From a virus (taxonomy: Duplodnaviria; Caudoviricetes), in the IMG/VR virus record IMGVR_UViG_3300035688_000006, positions 1 to 54,471 of that record: a stretch of 54,471 nt of DNA. The stretch is one strand, 5' to 3'. Numbering within the stretch: the stretch's first letter is position 1; every line of letters begins with the position of its first letter. The notes below the pieces were generated by a model that was given only the letters and a program-made list of their open reading frames with translations, ran no database searches and had not been told where the DNA came from. Shown one piece after another: positions 46,145 through 54,471 of this stretch. The position numbers and the translations under genes were made by a program.

Positions 46145-47050
46145 TCATTCACTTGACTCCTCGCCTATCGCCATCGCCCAGCAACATTCGCACCGGGGAT
46201 GCGCCGGAATCTCCCCCTCTGCCTCATCCACGTCGTAGACCCTCCCATCATTCGGAAGGCAGATCTCCTCGCAGGCCGTAGGATCCGCGACCCATTCAAG
46301 TTTCTCGATGCCGTGCTCCTTGTACGACAACCTCGTTCCTTCACTCAATGCCTCGGCCGTCTCAGTCCGGGCGATCGTCATGGCCCGGTCGGTCTGCATA
46401 TGCTGGGCGAGCCGCTCGACCTTGCTCATGATCTCGCCCTCGTCCATCCCGCTTTCCAAAAGGTCGCTGTAATATTTGCCGAGGCTCTCGCCCTGTTTTC
46501 CGCTAACCCCGACGATCGTCCTTAGTTCCCTACCCAGCGTCCCAAGATCCCGCCCTGATACAATGCCCGAGGAGATGTATCCCCTGATTCCGTACCTCGT
46601 CTCCTCGGTGATCCCCTTCACGAGTTCCCCCGCGTGCTTTCCTGCCCACTTAGCCGAGCGCTCGGTCATTTCCCCTATGCTTCCTCCGCCAGCCTTGAAG
46701 CGTACGCTCTTGTACCCAAGACTGTGGGCTTCCATGAGTGCAGGGAAGAAAATATCCTCACCCATCTTCTCCAAGGCCTTCCAATCGGCCAGCTTGTCCG
46801 CTATCTCTGCCGGACTGCCCTTCGGGAGTCCCCTGGCCAGCCTCGCCAGGACGGCCTTCCTGACCTTGTCCTTCCATAAGACTGCTGCCCTGGCCATGTT
46901 CTTTTGAGCCTTGACCCTCAAGACTTTGTAGGCCCGGGGGATCCCCGCCCTTCTCGCCTTGTGAATCTGGGCGAGCTCCCGCCTCACCGCAGCCAACTCG
47001 TGAATATGCCGCGGCTCGAAGGATATGGAAAGGGACAGTTCTTCGCTCAA
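46145..47050 (-). CDS. Head morphogenesis protein (SPP1 gp7/MuF-like)
   Basis: RAMTIARTET, PAHPRCEC. Confidence 0.85.
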   Translation of the reverse strand: MSEELSLSISFEPRHIHELAAVRRELAQIHKARRAGIPRAYKVLRVKAQKNMARAAVLWKDKVRKAVLARLARGLPKGSPAEIADKLADWKALEKMGEDIFFPALMEAHSLGYKSVRFKAGGGSIGEMTERSAKWAGKHAGELVKGITEETRYGIRGYISSGIVSGRDLGTLGRELRTIVGVSGKQGESLGKYYSDLLESGMDEGEIMSKVERLAQHMQTDRAMTIARTETAEALSEGTRLSYKEHGIEKLEWVADPTACEEICLPNDGRVYDVDEAEGEIPAHPRCECCWAMAIGEESSE

Positions 47051-47349
47051 TTATGACGGCCTCCGCCTGGGATCCTCGTTACCGGCTGAATCATCCGGCG
47101 CCCTTGAGCATCCCTGGGATCCTCTCTCTGTTTCTTGATCTCGGCCATGGATGCCTCGAGTTCCTCGGTCGTTATCTCTTTGATGAAAACGACGTTGTCT
47201 GCCCGGACCATCTTCTTGCCTCCGCTGGCTGAGATGATTTCAACGATCCTGCTCGGCTTGCCGAACTTCTTCTTGAGTTCCTCCGCGTCGTATTCGTCCC
47301 TCGTCAGGATCGTCATCGCCGGCACTCCCAAATAAATAATCAGTGGCAT
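47047..47349 (-). CDS. Hypothetical protein
   Basis: ORF between portal and MuF with RBS. Confidence 0.55.
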   Translation of the reverse strand: MPLIIYLGVPAMTILTRDEYDAEELKKKFGKPSRIVEIISASGGKKMVRADNVVFIKEITTEELEASMAEIKKQREDPRDAQGRRMIQPVTRIPGGGRHN

Positions 47350-47352
47350 AGG

Positions 47353-48981
47353 TCACTCTCCTTCTTCGATTTTATCTCTTGCCTCGGCCGCGGCCATCCG
47401 CGCTGCCTCCGCACTTGCTCGTCCCTTCTTCGCCTCGTCCAGAATCTTGTCTACCCTGGCTGCCAGTTCCTCGACCTGGGCGTCCCGGCCCTGGGTCATC
47501 CCTCCCACGCCGGCGTCGGACAAAGGCACATAGGCCGTGGAGATGTAGTACCTTTCCGCGTCTTCATCTTCGGGCGCCTCGACGTCCACCTCGTCCGCAA
47601 TCTGCTTCCTGTTCATGACTCCGACTCCGAAGAGTTGAACGCACCTGTTCGCGATTGCGTTGATATCCCGCAGGTCGACGTCGCCCCACCAAAATTCGAA
47701 CTTATCATTTTCGAGTCCCTTCTCGATAACCAAGGACGTGATGATCCTGGCCGTCACGAGCTTGAGCGGATTGACGCTGCTTTCGATGTAGACCCTCGTC
47801 GCTTCGGACGCTATATTCCCGCCCAGGCTGCCTTGCCTTGCAATGCCGATCCGATAGGGAGGCATCTTGAACGGGACCAGGACCTCGTCGATCAGCGATG
47901 CGTGATAGAGTTTGAAGTGGCCCTCTTTGATCTCGGTAACCAGGGGCTCCCACGTCACCTTGCCGCCTTCGGGAGGATTGACGACGATCGTCTTGTGGGC
48001 GTTCGCGCTGCCCTTGATATCGACGTCGATGAAGTCCGAAATGAGTTTGACGTTCTCCTCGTACCAGTCTCCCTCGACGATGACCATGGCCGCCGGCACC
48101 CCGTAGTTCTCGAAGAAGGCGAGGTTGTAATCCCTCGCCCCGATCATGGCCCTGACGCTTCCGACCGCCGGCAGGATGGGCGGCTGGCCATAGAACGAAC
48201 TCTGGGGATAATAGTTGACGAAGAAGATCAACTCGTTCGCTCTCTTATCTTCGGGCACGTTCTTCTCATCGCCCGTGTCCTGGTGGACGTCACCCTCGTA
48301 TCCGAACTTCTTGAACCACTTCTTGTCTATGCCCCGAATCTGGCAATATTTGTTGCGGTCTTTATGCACTCGTATCATGTGGGCGTGAACGTGGAATAGA
48401 GCGTCGATCTTGCCGTCCTGCCCGCGGGATACCTCGATGCCCATTTGGCCAACGGACTCGAAGTCTATGATCGCCCTCTTCCAGATCTCTTCGAACGTTT
48501 CGACGTCGTCATTCGGATTCCTGAAAAAATGAGACAGCCGCTTGAGCTCTGCGTCGTTTGGCCCAGGTGCTTTCGATGCCGCGGGAGCAGCCTCTACTTC
48601 GCCCTCCCCTGGAGTTGCCTCTGCTTCCTCCTCGGGCGCCGCTTCTACGTCCTCCTCCTCTTTCTCGGTGATGTCGTACCCCTGCCCCGTGACGTCCGTC
48701 GCGATCTGGCGGACACAAGCGTCGAAGTAGGAGCAGTTGTCCATGAGGAGCAGAATCGAAAGCATGTCGAACGGCGGGGGAGCCAGGTTGTTTTCGGTAA
48801 GATATAACTGCTCGATCGCGAGCTGCTTGCTCTTCTTGTTCGCGGCCTTCGTCTCTTTCTTGATCTCCGCCTTTCTTAACTGCTCCCAGGGGAATAGACC
48901 CCGGCTTGTGTAGACGTACCGGAATACTTTGCCCTTCCGCTTAACGGGAGGAGATGAAGACTCTTTGTTTTCGCTGCCCAT
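47353..48981 (-). CDS. Portal protein (PBSX/HK97-like)
   Basis: YNLAFFENYGVP, FKMPPYRIG, LGGN; follows TerL. Confidence 0.92.
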   Translation of the reverse strand: MGSENKESSSPPVKRKGKVFRYVYTSRGLFPWEQLRKAEIKKETKAANKKSKQLAIEQLYLTENNLAPPPFDMLSILLLMDNCSYFDACVRQIATDVTGQGYDITEKEEEDVEAAPEEEAEATPGEGEVEAAPAASKAPGPNDAELKRLSHFFRNPNDDVETFEEIWKRAIIDFESVGQMGIEVSRGQDGKIDALFHVHAHMIRVHKDRNKYCQIRGIDKKWFKKFGYEGDVHQDTGDEKNVPEDKRANELIFFVNYYPQSSFYGQPPILPAVGSVRAMIGARDYNLAFFENYGVPAAMVIVEGDWYEENVKLISDFIDVDIKGSANAHKTIVVNPPEGGKVTWEPLVTEIKEGHFKLYHASLIDEVLVPFKMPPYRIGIARQGSLGGNIASEATRVYIESSVNPLKLVTARIITSLVIEKGLENDKFEFWWGDVDLRDINAIANRCVQLFGVGVMNRKQIADEVDVEAPEDEDAERYYISTAYVPLSDAGVGGMTQGRDAQVEELAARVDKILDEAKKGRASAEAARMAAAEARDKIEEGE

Positions 48982-50578
48982 GATTCCCTCCAGCCTTAAC
49001 TTCGGACTCATTCACTACTGACCCTTCCGCCGGCCTTGGTTGGTCCGCCGGCACTTCTTTCTCCGGAACCTTCATGCCGCCGTGGATAACTTTTCCTCCG
49101 CGTCTCACCGGACCGAGTTTCCACATTACCCAGTAACGAGTTTCATCGAGGCTATGGTCTTTTTCCTTGACCGGCTTCCCTTTCCGCTCGAGATAATTAT
49201 TCACTTCCATGAGCCAATATTGACAACGTCGATTAACCCGGAATTTGGGCGGCCCCAGGACTGGGCGGAGGGCATTGCGGACGGCCCCGATGCCGATCTC
49301 AATATCATTATTCGCAGCATATAATTTTATTCCGGCCGCCGCCCATTCCTTTATCAGATCTGGACGGCTTGGATCGGCTACCCCCTCAGAAACATTCGGC
49401 CACCATGGCCGACTCCGGGCCTCCTCGATCAATCTTGTGTTCGTTGTGTTCGCGATATATATCTCATCGACCCTGATCCATCCGAGCGGCGTGAATTTCT
49501 GCCAGACGCCAAGCGAGAAAGGATTCGTCCCGCCCCAGTCGATCGAGATCACGGCCGGTAGATCGGGGCTGAAATCAGGCAGATCGAGCGGCGAATGGAT
49601 GGCTTCATCGAACTGTTCGCCATAAACGAGATCGGATCGCCCTACTTTATTGCAAAACCAATCGGTCTGAAGACTCATGAGCGACAGGTCCCTGAGTTTG
49701 CTTACGAAGTCGTGGATGGCATAATGGCCCTCGGCATTCTTCATCTGCAGGCCCGGACAGAAAGGTGTCAATTTGCATGTAGAACATGAGTAGTCCCGGC
49801 AACTTTCCGATGTCTCGAAAATACACCAATGATATATGGGGATCCCATGCTCCTTCGCGTTGGCCAGGGCCAAGTCCATCGCCCCGCCCACGCGGTGATT
49901 CGTGGATAGCCTTCCCAGGGAGCTTATGTGGCCATGTTTGCTCTGAGGCTGGGAAAGCGCCGCTATATAAACATCCTCCGGCATTTCGTCAACCTCATCC
50001 ATGATCAACTGGACCGGATGAGGACCGCGGGCCGAGCGAGTCGAGGCGGTGAGGACCGACACGCGGCTCTTATTTTTCCATTCCGTCAGCCTCCGCATGG
50101 GCTCGCCTGTGAGCCAGTCGTCCCGGAGCCCCGTCGAATCCCAGAAATCGCCCATTGCCTTATAGACCTTTTCGCTCTGCTCGAACGAACCGCCGAGGAT
50201 CGTCGTGTCATAGTCCGGGAGGAATCCACTTTTCACCCAGGTCACGAGCGCCGCTAGATAGCTCTTCCCGCCGGACCGGTTGGCCCAGACCACATAATCA
50301 TGGACCCGGCCGAGAAGGATATCCGTCACGAAATCCAGCGGGGCGCGGTGGTTGGGATTGCCGCAGTTAACGCGGCTGCTGATGCGCGGGCCGCGCAGCC
50401 ATTCTATAAGCGCCAAGACATCCGCCGCGGATTTTAGGCCATTACGCCTCAGGCCCTCGATCATCACCTTCTGAATCTTCCGGCTGTATGGGAAGCTCCA
50501 GAAGGCGTCGATGTCCGTCCCCGTTTCCATTGCGGAGGATGGCGACGAATTCCTTGACGCCTGTGATTCCATATTCAT
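48941..50578 (-). CDS. terL: Terminase large subunit
   Basis: ANRSGGKS Walker A, LIMDE Walker B, IDWG and DHSLDETRY nuclease motifs. Confidence 0.92.
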   Translation of the reverse strand: MNMESQASRNSSPSSAMETGTDIDAFWSFPYSRKIQKVMIEGLRRNGLKSAADVLALIEWLRGPRISSRVNCGNPNHRAPLDFVTDILLGRVHDYVVWANRSGGKSYLAALVTWVKSGFLPDYDTTILGGSFEQSEKVYKAMGDFWDSTGLRDDWLTGEPMRRLTEWKNKSRVSVLTASTRSARGPHPVQLIMDEVDEMPEDVYIAALSQPQSKHGHISSLGRLSTNHRVGGAMDLALANAKEHGIPIYHWCIFETSESCRDYSCSTCKLTPFCPGLQMKNAEGHYAIHDFVSKLRDLSLMSLQTDWFCNKVGRSDLVYGEQFDEAIHSPLDLPDFSPDLPAVISIDWGGTNPFSLGVWQKFTPLGWIRVDEIYIANTTNTRLIEEARSRPWWPNVSEGVADPSRPDLIKEWAAAGIKLYAANNDIEIGIGAVRNALRPVLGPPKFRVNRRCQYWLMEVNNYLERKGKPVKEKDHSLDETRYWVMWKLGPVRRGGKVIHGGMKVPEKEVPADQPRPAEGSVVNESEVKAGGNHGQRKQRVFISSR

Positions 50579-50933
50579 CCAAGAACTCCTTCAATTCCTG
50601 CATCGGGCCGATCTCCTCGATTATCGGTTGGCTGATTTTTCCCTCCGTCCTTTCGGCTATAAAGTTGACGGCCCAGGCCTCCCCGGCGATTGCGGCCCGC
50701 CATACGGATTTGATCAGCCACAACACCCTTTTCAGGTGCAGTGTCTTCTCCCCTATTTTGCCGGTTTCCATCTCCTCGCCTTCGGTAATCAGAAGGTCGC
50801 GGAGCGTCCTATTAAAAGTGAGAACTTTGTGACTGATCTGTCCGTTACGATTGATGCGAGGATCGCCCTTTTTGAAAGAGCCTGCTGTCGGAGGACGTTG
50901 AGCTGTATTACTGTCTATTTTCTCATTCATCAC
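50442..50933 (-). CDS. terS: Terminase small subunit
   Basis: FKKGDPRINRNG, AIAG..WA...ERTEGK; directly upstream of TerL. Confidence 0.75.
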   Translation of the reverse strand: MMNEKIDSNTAQRPPTAGSFKKGDPRINRNGQISHKVLTFNRTLRDLLITEGEEMETGKIGEKTLHLKRVLWLIKSVWRAAIAGEAWAVNFIAERTEGKISQPIIEEIGPMQELKEFLDEYGITGVKEFVAILRNGNGDGHRRLLELPIQPEDSEGDDRGPEA

Positions 50934-51014
50934 ATTTCTTTATCATTTTGGGGACTTCATTTTTATCGACATAATCCACGTATCGCTTTATTGGATTTCA
51001 TTTTATATGTTCAC

Positions 51015-51043
51015 TTGACAGGAAATTCGCGGCGATTTATATT
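51015..51043 (+). promoter_or_regulatory. Sigma70 promoter for the DUF523 gene
   Basis: TTGACA-N17-TATATT; AAGGAG RBS at 51061. Confidence 0.75.
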
Positions 51044-51071
51044 TTAAGTGCAAATAAAGAAAGGAGTTAAG

Positions 51072-51533
51072 ATGATTATCTATTGCAGTTCGTGTCTTCT
51101 CGGGAAGCAATGCCTCTGGCATGGTAATATTCTTAAATTCTCGGCAGGGGGAATCGCGATGATTGCTGCGGCTGGCCATATCTTCATCGATTCCTGCCCC
51201 GAGATACTTGGCGGTTTGTCTTGTCCTCGCCCCCCTTCTTATCGCAGGCCTAATCGCCCGGGCCTGCTCATCGCGGCCGGCAAGGACGTCACGCCGGCGT
51301 TCGAACTCGGGGCAAGGCGGGCGCTGGCATTTCTGCGCGAAGCGCGGCCGCGTCCAGAGCTCGCCCTCCTGTTGGCCAAAAGTCCCTCCTGCGATCCCGG
51401 CTTCGGGATATTTGGCCGCGAAGCGGCAAAATTTATCCACGCGATCGCCTGCAATCGCAAGGATGGCCTCTGGCTCGAGCAGGCCTTGAAATTCTTGCAT
51501 ATCCTTCCACCTCAACGATATTTATTCCAATAG
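51072..51533 (+). CDS. DUF523 / TudS-like thiouracil desulfurase (Fe-S)
   Basis: SSCLLG, CPEILGGLSCPRPP, DVT..F..GA, KSPSC, GIF. Confidence 0.85.
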   Translation: MIIYCSSCLLGKQCLWHGNILKFSAGGIAMIAAAGHIFIDSCPEILGGLSCPRPPSYRRPNRPGLLIAAGKDVTPAFELGARRALAFLREARPRPELALLLAKSPSCDPGFGIFGREAAKFIHAIACNRKDGLWLEQALKFLHILPPQRYLFQ

Positions 51534-52708
51534 TTATAAAAATAATCAATATTATTATCACCTGAATGGCGAGGAAATTTCAAGGTCATTGCCAAGATGC
51601 GCATTTCTTCCCAAAGCATTGGATAACATGTTTGGAGCGCTTCCCACTGAGGACTGGATTTACTTTTTCCTTGAAATGGACACATCCAACAAGCTGTTCT
51701 CTTAAATCCCCGAACATAACCAGGCCAAAGCAATCCCTCTGCTTTTTTTAATAATTCCTCATACTCATCCTTTGATGTTTTGAAATAGGGGGAATAACTT
51801 AATCCCTTCGAGGATAAATGTACCGATGATCTTCGGGTACGACTTATAATTTGATCGGGTCGCCCTCCCCTTATTTTCAAAACCTTGACCGGGTCCGTAT
51901 TATCTATCGTCTTCTCTATAACATCGTTTATGAACATATGTTGGCAATCTCGATATATGGGGTCTGGCCATTTCCCTTTCTGAATATAATGCGCTATGAT
52001 ATTTTCTGTCGCATGTAGTATACGGAGATTGAATCCTTGTGCCTTCGCCAGACGCAAAATATACGCTATTAAATCTGGAAATTCGGCCCCCGTTTCAACA
52101 AATAAAGCCTCAAATGATTTCCCAATAATTTCACAAGCTTTTTTAGTCCAATATAAGGCGAGAAGAGAATCTTTGCCGCCACTGAATTCAACAAAAATAT
52201 ATTCAAAATTCGCCAACCAGATAAGCTTATCTTCGGGTATTTGCGGAAGATCCGGAAGTTTAATTAAATTATCCAATTGATTTCCACCTGGTCCATATTG
52301 TTCAATTATATTTTTTAAATTTACCGCCTTTCCTAGATCGATCTTATAATCCTCAAGATTAATTTCTTCAAAATGCGGATATACCAGTTCGGCCAATTTA
52401 TCCTCGAGATATTCCCCCGCCCGATCATTGTCCGAGAGCGCGTATTTTATCTTTTCCGCTTTCGTCTCAGCCCTGACGACTGATATTTCAACATCTTTAT
52501 GGCCAAGTTCCAGAAGTGCCCTTATCCTCATATTCCCGCCGAGCGTTATGAATCCGCCGTTCTCCTCAACGCAGATGAGCGGCTTATAAATTCCGAGGTC
52601 CTGGATCTGCCGCTTCAGACGCCCAAAGTCGGCGGTCTTGATATTTCTGGGATTTTCCGCCCATGGCTTGACGAACTCAATTGAGACTTTCCGGATGTCC
52701 ATTCCCAT
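51512..52708 (-). CDS. ParB-like N-domain fused to PAPS-reductase-family (PP-loop) domain
   Basis: PWAENPR, GGNMR; FSGGKDS, ETGAEFP, RTACWMCPF. Confidence 0.85.
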   Translation of the reverse strand: MGMDIRKVSIEFVKPWAENPRNIKTADFGRLKRQIQDLGIYKPLICVEENGGFITLGGNMRIRALLELGHKDVEISVVRAETKAEKIKYALSDNDRAGEYLEDKLAELVYPHFEEINLEDYKIDLGKAVNLKNIIEQYGPGGNQLDNLIKLPDLPQIPEDKLIWLANFEYIFVEFSGGKDSLLALYWTKKACEIIGKSFEALFVETGAEFPDLIAYILRLAKAQGFNLRILHATENIIAHYIQKGKWPDPIYRDCQHMFINDVIEKTIDNTDPVKVLKIRGGRPDQIISRTRRSSVHLSSKGLSYSPYFKTSKDEYEELLKKAEGLLWPGYVRGFKRTACWMCPFQGKSKSSPQWEALQTCYPMLWEEMRILAMTLKFPRHSGDNNIDYFYNYWNKYR

Positions 52709-53050
52709 CTTGGGCCTCTTCCCGGCTTCAATAATGGGACAGAATGAGGATGGCTGTCAAGAAAAAAGTTATTTTATTGAATCAGATTATATTTATTGGC
52801 CACCAATTTTGGCCTAGCCCATTAGCATTGAAACCGCCGCTATTCCTCGCTCATCCTCTTCTCATAGCAGTCCGGCCCGCAGAATATTCTGTGATTCGGA
52901 TGGATGTATCTGATACCTGGATGGATAATCCCGCAAATCGGGCACTGCACGGCTATCCCCGATTCCAACGCCTCTCTGACGGACATTCTGTTGATTTTTT
53001 TCATTAAATCGTTATACCGTTTGTCATGTGTCATTTTCCTTGAATTTTCG

Positions 53051-53248
53051 CTAGCTTTTATTCGCACATCCGGGGCATAGATGCGACCAATCTCCGACAT
53101 CATCCTTGGATATCTTCCAGCCGATCATTTTTGCGTCGGCTATAAAATCCTTGAAATAAGTTCGGTCAAAAAATTCGGATATTCCGCAGTCGTCACATTC
53201 CATATCAAAGCCGGAAATTCCGCCTTCCCTGGCCCAATCAGTTATCAT
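53051..53248 (-). CDS. Small zinc-ribbon protein
   Basis: CDDC...GW...LCPGC. Confidence 0.6.
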   Translation of the reverse strand: MITDWAREGGISGFDMECDDCGISEFFDRTYFKDFIADAKMIGWKISKDDVGDWSHLCPGCANKS

Positions 53249-53307
53249 TTTCCTCTATGGTCTAAGCTTATGCATGTGTTCATGCTCCGTAGCTATCGGT
53301 TCGCTAT

Positions 53308-53610
53308 TTATTTCTCGGGTATCTTCCTGTACTTTTTGAGCTCGAGTTCCAACTCGGCGACTTTGCTCCACGCCCAAATCGCCTTGAGGATGAAAGCCTT
53401 GGTCACAATCGTATACTCGCCGGCCGGATCCGCGTCGGCAGCCCAGGCCAGGACGCCCGCTGTGATCGACCCTATGACCTTCTCCTCCCCGACCGGCACG
53501 TAAATATTGGGGGGAGGGATCTTACCGCAAGCCGTGAAGTAGCTTAGCGATAATACGATTGAGAGCGTCAAAATCATTGCTCTCCATGGCTTTGAGCGCA
53601 TCTTGTTCAT
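53308..53610 (-). CDS. Lipoprotein, probable outer-membrane spanin
   Basis: Signal peptide with lipobox FTAC followed by PPP; overlaps the upstream gene in another frame. Confidence 0.55.
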   Translation of the reverse strand: MNKMRSKPWRAMILTLSIVLSLSYFTACGKIPPPNIYVPVGEEKVIGSITAGVLAWAADADPAGEYTIVTKAFILKAIWAWSKVAELELELKKYRKIPEK

Positions 53611-53734
53611 CTTTGTTCCTTTCCTTTTGAATTTCGTCGATTTTCTCATTGATCTTCTCCAACTCTGTCTTTAACAGATGAGGCAATAATTGGAGAACCA
53701 GCTCTAGAATTCCTCCGATCACTTCTCCCGGCAT
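53522..53734 (-). CDS. Possible inner-membrane spanin
   Basis: Hydrophobic N-terminus plus coiled coil; Rz/Rz1-like overlap. Confidence 0.45.
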   Translation of the reverse strand: MPGEVIGGILELVLQLLPHLLKTELEKINEKIDEIQKERNKDEQDALKAMESNDFDALNRIIAKLLHGLR

Positions 53735-53922
53735 GTTAGTCCTTGAATAATCCGGATTTCTCCGCTTCTGTCAAAACCGATAAGACGTGTTCGTATACGC
53801 GATTATAAGCGGCAGTCTCCAACTTCGGAAGTTCCGGCGGTCTAATGCTCGACCAAAAAATAAGCATGATTTTTTCGGTCAACATACCCGCTTTTGTTTT
53901 TGGTGTTTCCATGTTATTCCTC

Positions 53923-54327
53923 CTAAAATCTAAATTTAACAAAATCTCCGCGCCTCCTCGGGGAATCGTCGGGAAAACTGATGAAGGTGAGTTTGTAGAG
54001 ACCGTTCTCTGATTCTAATCCGACCGGGTACGCTCGGTAAACTGTTAGCCACGTTTTTTTTGCCGATACAATTCCTCCGGCCGCCCGTTTCAAAATGAGT
54101 TTCTTGGATTCGGCATACACCGATGCCGGCTTCATCCTGGCCTTTATGAGCTTACGGAGCACGACTCTCAAGCCCGAGTTGCCCTCAAAAGTGCATTGGA
54201 ATTTGAGAACCGATGTGTAAAGCCCCGCGTTCTTTTGAACTGCCATACAGTCTTTTGCCAAGCCGAGCTCCTTCTTGTCCCACACTACCTTGCATGGACC
54301 CAGGTCTGATACGTAATTCGGGCTCAC
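53923..54327 (-). CDS. Shortened paralog of the major tail tube protein
   Basis: Collinear motif matches to 30954..31475 (see findings). Confidence 0.7.
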   Translation of the reverse strand: MSPNYVSDLGPCKVVWDKKELGLAKDCMAVQKNAGLYTSVLKFQCTFEGNSGLRVVLRKLIKARMKPASVYAESKKLILKRAAGGIVSAKKTWLTVYRAYPVGLESENGLYKLTFISFPDDSPRRRGDFVKFRF

Positions 54328-54471
54328 CTCACCGCCCCTTCATCCCCGCTCCCCGGTTTCCCGATGGCCACGTCCATGACCCATTCTTGCACCTTTGCTG
54401 CAAGTTTGTGTGACATGATGAATTCCTAGTTTTTATTTAATAAAACCCGCCTTACAAATTCTGCCATGACG

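Larger units (their letters stand above)
1..54471 (-). mobile_element. Tailed dsDNA bacteriophage genome (siphovirus-like), likely near-complete
   Basis: Terminase, portal, capsid, neck, tail tube, frameshifted chaperone, tape measure, lysis and replication modules in canonical order; no host housekeeping genes; lysis-type genes at both window ends suggest circular permutation. Confidence 0.95.

Noticed and set aside
51003-51515. Minus-strand 170-aa ORF between the PAPS gene and terS
   Set aside because: Shadow of the plus-strand DUF523 gene, which has motifs, promoter and RBS
1-54471. Genome-wide TAG recoding (genetic code 15)
   Set aside because: Genes are intact under code 11, TAG ends several genes just before the next RBS, and no suppressor tRNA was seen

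Overview
The window looks like an essentially complete, probably circularly permuted ~54.5 kb tailed (siphovirus-like) phage genome, coded almost entirely on the minus strand. In transcription order (right to left) it carries: spanin-like pair, ParB/PAPS-reductase fusion, terminase small and large subunits, portal, MuF, XkdF-type protease, scaffold, major capsid, neck genes interrupted by a six-gene glycosyltransferase/methyltransferase cassette, tail tube, frameshifted tail chaperone, tape measure, tail tip and fibre genes, M15 endolysin, an AT-rich control region, an early region (RadC, clamp-like, XRE regulators, exonuclease and recombination protein, radical SAM), a DNA methyltransferase cassette, replication initiator, RuvC and a holin. 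I recognised no integrase, DNA polymerase, tRNA or CRISPR array. The most unusual observations are: (1) a second, hairpin-deleted and basic paralog of the tail tube protein far from the tail module; (2) a DUF523/TudS-like thiouracil desulfurase with its own plus-strand promoter, convergent on a PP-loop PAPS-reductase-family gene; (3) an XkdF-type protease whose conserved EVSLVD strand sits on the separate scaffold gene; (4) a putative virion glycosylation cassette; (5) four near-identical 129-bp propeller-blade repeats in a fibre gene; (6) a pseudoknot-like leader ahead of the methyltransferase-replication operon; (7) two genes with single in-frame TAG codons. All family calls are by eye from motifs; no database searches were run.
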